This document shows positions 55,214-61,510 of a DNA stretch of 61,510 bases, one piece after another (the first letter of the stretch is position 1; each line of letters opens with the position of its first letter). The position numbers were made by a program, and so were the translations under genes. The notes under the pieces were generated by a model. It saw only the letters and a program-made list of their open reading frames with translations. It was not told the DNA's origin and searched no databases. The DNA lies in NCBI GenBank assembly GCA_903916245.1, contig CAIWVZ010000064.1, positions 1 to 61,510 on the forward strand. The letters run 5' to 3'. Source of the stretch: an uncultured Planctomycetota bacterium (lineage in GTDB: Bacteria; Planctomycetota; GCA-002687715; CAIWVZ01).

Positions 55214-55809
55214 GGAGTCGTCTCTCTTCGTCGCTTCATCCACGCGAGTCCGGCGAGACCGACGACGGCCGCGAGGGCGACCCATGCGCCGTAGAACATG
55301 CCTTTTCGACCGTCGATCGGGCGTCCTTGCGTGTCGAGATTGACTTCCGTTTCCAACGTCGTCGAGACGCGGGCACCGTCGATTCCGTCGATCCGTAGTC
55401 GGCGAAGGATCGTCGCGGTGGCGTCCGCTTCCGGGATGGACACGAAGCCGCCTCCGAGCCGGCTCGTGGCGACCCAACCCTCGGGGAGCGGATCCTCCGG
55501 TTTCGACGTGCGGGCGCGTAGACGGTCGAAGATCGGGCCCGTGGATGCGACGTCCGCGGTGGGAACTCCGATGAGGCGGAGCGCCCCGTAGTGATGAAAC
55601 GGGAGAGGAGACGTGAAGTCGGTGAGGCGGACGATGTCCGCGGTGGCGAAACCGAATCCGACCTCGGCGAACCAGACGTAGGTGTTCGGTGCGGGAGCGA
55701 CGCGGGTGATCACGTTGTCCGCACGCACCTTCTTCCATCCGGGCACCACGAGATCGGGAGATGCCGCGGCGACGAGCACGAAGAGAAGGAGGACGCGCGC
55801 GCGCTTCAT
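55210..55809 (-). CDS. exported protein with C-terminal membrane anchor, unknown function
   Basis: Signal peptide MKRARVLLLFVLVAAAS. C-terminal WVALAAVVGLAGLAWMKRRRE (TM plus basic tail). Confidence 0.5.
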   Translation of the reverse strand: MKRARVLLLFVLVAAASPDLVVPGWKKVRADNVITRVAPAPNTYVWFAEVGFGFATADIVRLTDFTSPLPFHHYGALRLIGVPTADVASTGPIFDRLRARTSKPEDPLPEGWVATSRLGGGFVSIPEADATATILRRLRIDGIDGARVSTTLETEVNLDTQGRPIDGRKGMFYGAWVALAAVVGLAGLAWMKRRRETTP

Positions 55810-55840
55810 GCGCGTGAGGCTAGCACGCCGATGCGGAGGG

Positions 55841-57460
55841 CTAGGGCGCGACTTGAAGCAGGAGTTCGACGATCGACGGTGTGCCGTTGCCTGGATCCAC
55901 GTTGAACGTCGTGCGCAGCGGCTGATAGCCGGGAAGCTCCGCGGAGAGTTGGAGGTTGCGTCCCGCGGGGACCCAAAGGTCTTTTTCGCAGTGCATGTCC
56001 CACGTCGCGGTGCCGTCGGTGATGCGCACCAACGGATGGTGGACGAATCCCGCGCCGTCGGTGATGACGATCTTCACGCGACCGAACGAGGCTCGAGGGC
56101 GCAGCGTGGCCGTCGCGGAGGCTCCCGCCGCGACGTCGATTTCGACCGGTGGAACGTGTTTCGCGTACGCGGGGTTCATCGGGCGCACGCGGTAACGTCC
56201 CGCCGGAACACGGATCGGTTTTCCGGGCTCGAGCGGACGGAACGACTGGGCGGCGCGGTCGCCCGCGTCGATGCATCCGAGAGGCGGCGGGAACGGATGG
56301 GCGCCTTCTCCTTCGTCGAGCGCGAGGACCAATTCGCCGTAGCCCGGATGTTCTTCGTGCAGGGGCGCGAGTGCGGGCTTCTCCGCGGGCGCGTTCGCCG
56401 ACAACGGGCGCGCGGTGAGCGACAAAGACTGGGTTCCCGACTTGTCGAGGACGACGAACAGGGTGACGGGAACCGCTTCGGCACCCGGCTCCTGATTCGG
56501 AACCGTGGCGACGAGACCTTTGCCGGCGACGTGTTCACGATCGGTCGACTGAAGCGGTGCGAGCGCATCGACGACGGAAGGCGTGTCGTACGTCACGAGT
56601 CCCTTCAGCGAGCGATTCACCGAAAGGACGCGTTCTTCCGATTCGAAACGAACCGCCCAAGGGTCCGCGAAGACGATTTCCGGAAGGTCGCCCGGGATCA
56701 GCCATCGATCCGGGAAATGTCCGAGCGGCACGGACGTCGCCCGCGCCGCCGTGACGAGCCATTCGCCTTCGGGGAGCGCGGGCAGACGGGCGATGCCGTC
56801 GTCTCCGGACATCGCGACATGGATCCATTCCTTCGGCGATTCGCCGATGCGCAAAAGCCCGTCCGTCGGAGTCGCCTTCGCCATGAGCGGAGCGGCGGGG
56901 AGGGCGGCCCGGGAGAGGAAGACGGTGGCGTTCGGGAGTGGTCCGCCCGTGCGCCTGCGGACGCGACAGGACGCGACGTGCCCGCGACGGAGCGTCATCG
57001 TGTGCTCGTCGCCGCCCGCCTTCACGAAACGCACCTGCGCGACGTATTCGGGGTGCGTGACCAGGACGCGTTGCGTCGCGTCCATGTCCGGGGAGACGCC
57101 GAGTCGGCATCGACCTTCGGTATCGGTGAGTCGAGGGAGCGTTGGAACGTTCCCGGCGAGAAGTCGGGCCTTCGCGCCGGGGATTCCCTTGCCGTCTTCG
57201 TCGATCACGTGAAGAAGGCAGGCGGCGCCGGTGATCTCCGATGTGGAGATTTCCGCATCGGGAGCCGGAGCCGGACTCGGCGCGATGGGGCGATGGACGG
57301 GCGGAGCCGCGGTCATCCCCGGATCCGGAAGCGCCGGAGCATCCGGGGTCTCGATATCCAACTCGAGGCATGCGAGGAGGATATAGACGAAGACGGCGAC
57401 CGCGAGCACCAAAGCGGCGCGCACGGCGAATCCCTTCGTCGACTCCTTCTTGAAAACCAT
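55841..57460 (-). CDS. N-terminally anchored extracytoplasmic protein with CarboxypepD_reg-like beta-sandwich regions
   Basis: Start set at MVFKKESTKGFAVRAALVLAVAVFVYILLAC. HVIDEDGKGIPGAKARLL and PAGRYRVRP-type units. Confidence 0.5.
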   Translation of the reverse strand: MVFKKESTKGFAVRAALVLAVAVFVYILLACLELDIETPDAPALPDPGMTAAPPVHRPIAPSPAPAPDAEISTSEITGAACLLHVIDEDGKGIPGAKARLLAGNVPTLPRLTDTEGRCRLGVSPDMDATQRVLVTHPEYVAQVRFVKAGGDEHTMTLRRGHVASCRVRRRTGGPLPNATVFLSRAALPAAPLMAKATPTDGLLRIGESPKEWIHVAMSGDDGIARLPALPEGEWLVTAARATSVPLGHFPDRWLIPGDLPEIVFADPWAVRFESEERVLSVNRSLKGLVTYDTPSVVDALAPLQSTDREHVAGKGLVATVPNQEPGAEAVPVTLFVVLDKSGTQSLSLTARPLSANAPAEKPALAPLHEEHPGYGELVLALDEGEGAHPFPPPLGCIDAGDRAAQSFRPLEPGKPIRVPAGRYRVRPMNPAYAKHVPPVEIDVAAGASATATLRPRASFGRVKIVITDGAGFVHHPLVRITDGTATWDMHCEKDLWVPAGRNLQLSAELPGYQPLRTTFNVDPGNGTPSIVELLLQVAP

Positions 57461-57631
57461 ACTCTGAGTAAAGGTTATCCCACGAGCGGGTTTTCGGTCG
57501 GGAGGGAATGCGATGCGTCCCGGTTTTTCATGGACGCGTCGCTCATCGTCGCCGTGCATCGTCGCAACGCACGATCGTCATGCGGGTTGCGCCGCGATTC
57601 TTCGTCGGCGCTTCGGGCTTCGGAGCCGCGC

Positions 57632-59434
57632 TCAGCCGAGGTGGGCGCGGTCGGAATCGCCCATCGGCAGGCCCTTCGGGAAGTACTCTTTCCATCGTTT
57701 CCCGACGGTGTCGGCCGTCTGCGGGTCACAGAAGAGTTCCGCGGGGTAGTGCGGCTTCATGCGTGCGTCGAGCACGACCGGTGCCGTGAAGGACGGGTGC
57801 AGGCGTACGAGGTTCACGTCCTTCGCGTGGAGGTCCGCCGCGGGTTCGAAGCGCGTGAAGGCGGTCCATAGGAAGGCCGCCATCGATGCGGTGGCCCGTC
57901 CGGCGTGATCGCAGAGCACGATCAGAGGCCAATCCGCGAAGGCGGGGTGGGCGGCGATGGTCTTCGCGAACGTCGGGTCGGACGCGAAGGCCGGGCCTTC
58001 GACGGCGAGCGCGCCGCGGCACGCGACCTTCACCGACCGAACTTCCGGAGGCGGCGAGCCCGTGAAGGCGTCGGGGAGGCGGCGGATCGGATCGCCGACG
58101 CCGAGAAGGACGCCCTTCGATCCTTCGTTGACCTTCGGACCCGCGTAGTCGAGCGTGTCCATCGACAGGTTGCCGAAGACGTAGAGGTCCGTGCGGAAAT
58201 CGGCGCGTTCGAGAACGTGTTCGAGGACGGCGCGGGCGTCGCGGAGGTCCACGGGCTTGTCGAGAACGAGGAGGAACTTCGTGAGCGACAGCTGTCCTTC
58301 GCCGAGGATGCGGAATCCCGACGCCATCGCTTCGCGCTTGTAGCGCTGCTTCACGACGGCGGCCGAGAGGGCGTGGTAGCCCGTTTCGCCGTACGACCAA
58401 AGATCCGAGACGGCGGGCATGACCACGGGGAACAGAGGCGAGAGAAGTTCTTGCAGCCAGTCGCCGATGAAGAAGTCTTCTTGGCGCGGCTTGCCCACGA
58501 CCGTCGCCGGAAGAATCGGGTCGTCGCGACGCCACAGGCGCTCGCAGCGGAACACGGGGTAGTCGTGCTTCAGCGAGTAGTAGCCGTAGTGGTCGCCGAA
58601 CGGACCTTCCGGGCGTCGTACGCCGGGCGGGACGTGGCCCGACAACACGAACTCGCAATCGACGGGCAACGGGAGTTTGGACGTCGGGTCCTTTGCAAGC
58701 GGCACGCGGTCGCCGAGGATCAGCGACGCGAGCAGCATCTCGGGAACGTTTTCGGGAAGCGGTGCGATCGCCGAAACCAGAAGTGCCGGCGGCCCTCCGA
58801 GGAAGATGTGCACCGGAAGTCGTTGACCGAGGGCTTCGGCTTCCGCGAGATGGAACCCGCCGCCCTTGCCGATTTGGACGTGGAACCCGCATTCCGCATC
58901 GTCGAAACGCTGGATGCGGTACATGCCGAGATTCGGTCCGTGGCCGTTCGGCGATTCGGTGTAGACCAAAGGCTGCGTGATGAACGGCCCGCCGTCTTCC
59001 TCCCACGTGGTCAGGAGCGGCAGACGTCCGAGGCCGGGTGGGCTGTCGCAGCGTTCGGTGACGGGGCCGCCGGAATCACGCCGTAGGCCGACGCGCGCGA
59101 GGTCGGCGAAGAGCTTCCGCTTGCTCCAGAGCTTGCCGAGGGTCGGCGGCACGAGTTCCTTCGGGAGCGACGCCACCTGCGCGATCGTTTCGCGCGCGTG
59201 TTTGCCGAACGCCAGTTCGACGCGTTCGCGGGTGCCGAAGAGGTTGGTCACCGTCGGCCATCGATGACCCTTCAGGTTTCTGAAGAGGATGGCGGGCCCG
59301 CCGGCGGCGATCACCCGGCGGTGGATCTCCGCGGCTTCGAGGCGGGGATCAACCTCGGCGGTGATTTCGACGAGGTCACGACGCGCCCTAAGGGCGTCGA
59401 GGAAAGTCCGAAGGTCGGGAAAAGTTTTGGTCAT
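57632..59434 (-). CDS. UbiD-family (prFMN-dependent) decarboxylase, long form (600 aa)
   Basis: DLRTFLDALRARRDLVEI, GPAILFRNLKG, GPNLGMYRIQRF, GPFGDHYGYY. About 110-aa C-terminal extension relative to typical UbiD. Confidence 0.85.
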   Translation of the reverse strand: MTKTFPDLRTFLDALRARRDLVEITAEVDPRLEAAEIHRRVIAAGGPAILFRNLKGHRWPTVTNLFGTRERVELAFGKHARETIAQVASLPKELVPPTLGKLWSKRKLFADLARVGLRRDSGGPVTERCDSPPGLGRLPLLTTWEEDGGPFITQPLVYTESPNGHGPNLGMYRIQRFDDAECGFHVQIGKGGGFHLAEAEALGQRLPVHIFLGGPPALLVSAIAPLPENVPEMLLASLILGDRVPLAKDPTSKLPLPVDCEFVLSGHVPPGVRRPEGPFGDHYGYYSLKHDYPVFRCERLWRRDDPILPATVVGKPRQEDFFIGDWLQELLSPLFPVVMPAVSDLWSYGETGYHALSAAVVKQRYKREAMASGFRILGEGQLSLTKFLLVLDKPVDLRDARAVLEHVLERADFRTDLYVFGNLSMDTLDYAGPKVNEGSKGVLLGVGDPIRRLPDAFTGSPPPEVRSVKVACRGALAVEGPAFASDPTFAKTIAAHPAFADWPLIVLCDHAGRATASMAAFLWTAFTRFEPAADLHAKDVNLVRLHPSFTAPVVLDARMKPHYPAELFCDPQTADTVGKRWKEYFPKGLPMGDSDRAHLG

Positions 59435-59455
59435 CGGCGCATCGGGAACCGCTCC

Positions 59456-59770
59456 TCAATAAGGAAGCGTTCCGTTGCGCCCTTCCCACGATTCAAGCGT
59501 CTCCATCTCGATGGCGTTCCAGGGGCAGCCTTCGAGCCAGAGTCCTTCGGGGCCTTTGGTGATGCACTTCTTGCACCCGATGCACTTGAGCGGATCCACC
59601 CAGATGTAGCCGAAAGGATCATGCGCCTCGTCGTGGCAGAGGATCATGCACTCGTCGACCGGGCACAAGGTCTGACAGACCGGCGAACCGGCGCATCCCG
59701 TGCAGTTGTCGGTGATGACGGCGATGTCCTTGGGCTTGCGCTTGCGCTTGGCGGTGAGGGCTTCGGCCAT
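59456..59770 (-). CDS. 2x[4Fe-4S] ferredoxin-like protein
   Basis: 104 aa from MAEALTAKRKRKPK. CTGCAGSPVCQTLCP and CIGCKKCITKG...GCP cluster motifs. The upstream part of track ORF 59456..60034 is Arg/Pro shadow. Confidence 0.8.
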   Translation of the reverse strand: MAEALTAKRKRKPKDIAVITDNCTGCAGSPVCQTLCPVDECMILCHDEAHDPFGYIWVDPLKCIGCKKCITKGPEGLWLEGCPWNAIEMETLESWEGRNGTLPY

Positions 59771-59838
59771 GGTGGTGTCCCCGTAGGGATTGAGATCGTA
59801 GCGGTTGGGGCCTGCCGCCCCAAGCGAAACCGGGGCGA

Positions 59839-60393
59839 CTAAACGACCTTTCCGGCCGCCTTTTTCCTCAGGTACTTCGCGTGATTTTCCCAGATTTCGC
59901 GGTGGACGTCGGCTTCGTCGAGGACGCCTTCGGCGTGGAACAGCAGCCGCCCTTCGAAGAAGAAGAGGAAGGCCGGCGTTTCGACGTGCGGATACCGGGC
60001 GAGGGTTTGGGGGGATTCGCCGATTTCGAGCCACCGGACCTTCAGCGCTTCACCGTTGCGCTTCGCGAGGCGTTCGGCCTGCTTGATCATGACCCGGTCG
60101 CCGATGTTCCACTCCCGGTAGAAGTGGACCAGGACCGGCATGTCGCTTTTCAGGACCTCGACTTCGAAGTCCGTGTCGGTGACGTGGGGCGGTTCCGGAG
60201 TCTTCTGTTTCCGGCTCTTCGCGAGCATGAGGACGATGATCGTCGGGATGACCGCCCAAAGGACCGCGATCCAACCGAAGAACTCGCCTTGCGACTGCTC
60301 GGGGGCGGAGACCGGGATTTCGGTGGTCCCGGCCGGCGAGGGCTTCGGAGGCGTCGCACCGGGGACCTGAATGAAGAGCGGGGATGCGCTCAC
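59839..60393 (-). CDS. membrane-anchored thioredoxin-fold protein lacking the CxxC motif
   Basis: GTG at 60393 overlaps the upstream stop (GTGA). One TM (FFGWIAVLWAVIPTIIVLML), then a Trx-like region VLVHFYREWNIGDRVM...TPAFLFFFEGRLL, in which WCGPC is replaced by WNIGD. Confidence 0.6.
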   Translation of the reverse strand: MSASPLFIQVPGATPPKPSPAGTTEIPVSAPEQSQGEFFGWIAVLWAVIPTIIVLMLAKSRKQKTPEPPHVTDTDFEVEVLKSDMPVLVHFYREWNIGDRVMIKQAERLAKRNGEALKVRWLEIGESPQTLARYPHVETPAFLFFFEGRLLFHAEGVLDEADVHREIWENHAKYLRKKAAGKVV

Positions 60394-60887
60394 GGGAGCT
60401 CCTCGGGAGGATGGGCGGCTTCGTGAGCCGCCTTCGCTCGGCGCCAAATGCGGAAGGTGTGGAGCCAGCCGACGACGCAGACGGCGAGCTGAATCCACAA
60501 AAGCACCCAAAGCCCGTCGGCGGCTTCCGGGGTCGTGCGTGCGGGCCACATCCACGCGGCGATCGCACCGACGATTCCCGACCACACGATGAACGTCGTG
60601 GCGCGGATCGGGACGCCCATGTCGCGCAGGAACGTCCCGTAGAGCACGGCCCACGCGCCGAAGAACTGGGCGGCGTGGATGCCCGACCGCGTCCAGAACC
60701 CGAGCGCGGGTTCGCGGAACGACGCGCTGGTTTCGTAGGCGGACCACATGGCGACGTGAGCGACGCCGAAGAGGAACGCGGGATGGGCGAGGTTTTCGAC
60801 CAAGTCCCAAACCTTGCCGTCGAATTCGCGGACGGAGGCTCGGCGCGAAGGGTCGCCGGAATCGCGGTCGGGTGACGGTGTCGCCAT
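60390..60887 (-). CDS. hypothetical integral membrane protein
   Basis: 165 aa, 4 hydrophobic segments rich in Trp/Ala. No family recognised. Confidence 0.5.
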   Translation of the reverse strand: MATPSPDRDSGDPSRRASVREFDGKVWDLVENLAHPAFLFGVAHVAMWSAYETSASFREPALGFWTRSGIHAAQFFGAWAVLYGTFLRDMGVPIRATTFIVWSGIVGAIAAWMWPARTTPEAADGLWVLLWIQLAVCVVGWLHTFRIWRRAKAAHEAAHPPEELP

Positions 60888-60891
60888 CGGA

Positions 60892-61510
60892 CTACCGCAA
60901 CTTCAGCATCGCGATCGCGGCCTTCGCCTGATCGAGCACTTTCCCGTCCGCGTCGCGGTAGGCGTCGAGGAAGCGCTCGATCGCGTCGGCGTCTTCCCGG
61001 CGGCCGATGCCCGGAAGCACGAGCGCCTGCATGGCGTGGAGGGCCGAAGCCTGGGACAAGACCGATGCGATGACGTCGCCTTCGTTCAGTGTGGTGCCGT
61101 CGGCGGCGACGGCCGTCGCACGTCCGTCGATCGGCGAGAAGATTTCCGCTTCGCCTTTCGCAAGTTCGATGCGTGCGATGCGGTGTCCCGAGGCCACGGG
61201 ATCACCCTTGTGCAGGATGATCACGGCCTTGCCCCCGATCGGCGCCTTGATGTCGTACGGACGCAGCATCGAGAGGAGCACGTCGCGACCCGCGTCGGAC
61301 GCCCGCACGGCGAGCGAACTCGCGGCGTTGCGCGCCACGTAGGGGTCTTTGTCGTCGAGCAGCGTACGCAGCGGTGCGTCGAACGAAGGTTCTTTGCGAT
61401 CGAACTGCATGGCCCATGCGGCCGCCTTGCGCTTTTCGGGGTCGGGCATCGACGCGAGAGCGATCAGTCCCGGATAGAACGTCGACACTCGGGCCCCTCG
61501 AGGTGCGCCC
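60892..61510 (-). CDS. HEAT-like repeat plus lipoyl/biotinyl-like hybrid-barrel protein, probably 5'-truncated by the window edge
   Basis: Track ORF 60892..61488, but the frame stays open to base 61510. DDKDPYVARNAASSLA (HEAT-like), then IARIELAKGEAEIFSPIDGRATAVAADGTTLNEGDVIASV (hybrid-motif-like). Confidence 0.45.
   Translation of the reverse strand, partial: GAPRGARVSTFYPGLIALASMPDPEKRKAAAWAMQFDRKEPSFDAPLRTLLDDKDPYVARNAASSLAVRASDAGRDVLLSMLRPYDIKAPIGGKAVIILHKGDPVASGHRIARIELAKGEAEIFSPIDGRATAVAADGTTLNEGDVIASVLSQASALHAMQALVLPGIGRREDADAIERFLDAYRDADGKVLDQAKAAIAMLKLR

Noticed and set aside
60080-60125. Possibility that the missing CxxC of the Trx-fold protein hides a recoded UGA (Sec), given the Sec-type selD
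   Set aside because: The codons at the motif read TGG AAC ATC GGC GAC (W-N-I-G-D). There is no TGA in or near the motif in this frame.
1-61510. Search for mobile elements, integrases, toxin-antitoxin or known defence genes
   Set aside because: No ORF with transposase, integrase, recombinase, restriction, Cas, nuclease-NTPase or similar motifs was recognisable. No terminal inverted repeats or tRNA-adjacent boundaries were seen. The window looks like core chromosome with a secreted-protein island rather than a mobile island.

Overview
This is a 61.5-kb, very GC-rich (roughly two-thirds G+C by eye) bacterial chromosomal segment, densely coding on both strands. I found no rRNA, tRNA, CRISPR array, transposase or integrase. 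Because of the GC content, the six-frame track is full of long Arg/Pro/Gly-rich shadow ORFs. I called about 57 CDS from family motifs, signal peptides, GC3 and start/stop coupling, and many starts were moved inward from the track.

Content by region:
- 0-31 kb: acyl-CoA/beta-oxidation-like genes (three thiolases, hbd, crotonase, two ACADs, an acyl-CoA ligase, MeaB plus a B12-binding mutase subunit, and a permuted aconitase-family fusion). Interspersed are secreted proteins (sialidase, PD40 propeller, serine hydrolases), ubiX, rnz, selD and a sulfur-handling pair.
- 31-36.5 kb: an MFS transporter, an ECF sigma factor, and a class II photolyase divergent from a CarH/LitR-type B12 photoregulator.
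- 36.5-51 kb: an island of Tat/Sec-exported proteins built around MCO-SCO1-MCO-dihaem peroxidase.
- 51-61.5 kb: OsmC, an rRNA-methyltransferase-like gene, an HI0933 flavoprotein operon with unknown membrane proteins, and a UbiD-ferredoxin-Trx-like operon.

Most notable observations:
1. selD is itself a selenoprotein. It has an in-frame UGA plus SECIS-like hairpins, and the track truncates it.
2. An orphan 320-nt-period tandem duplication sits between two convergent terminators at about 46.2-46.9 kb. It has no credible CDS and no RNA family I can match.
3. The copper-oxidase island has recurrent AT-rich motifs in its spacers and a C-terminal module shared by its secreted proteins.

Hand-derived coordinates of small elements may be off by 1-2 nt.
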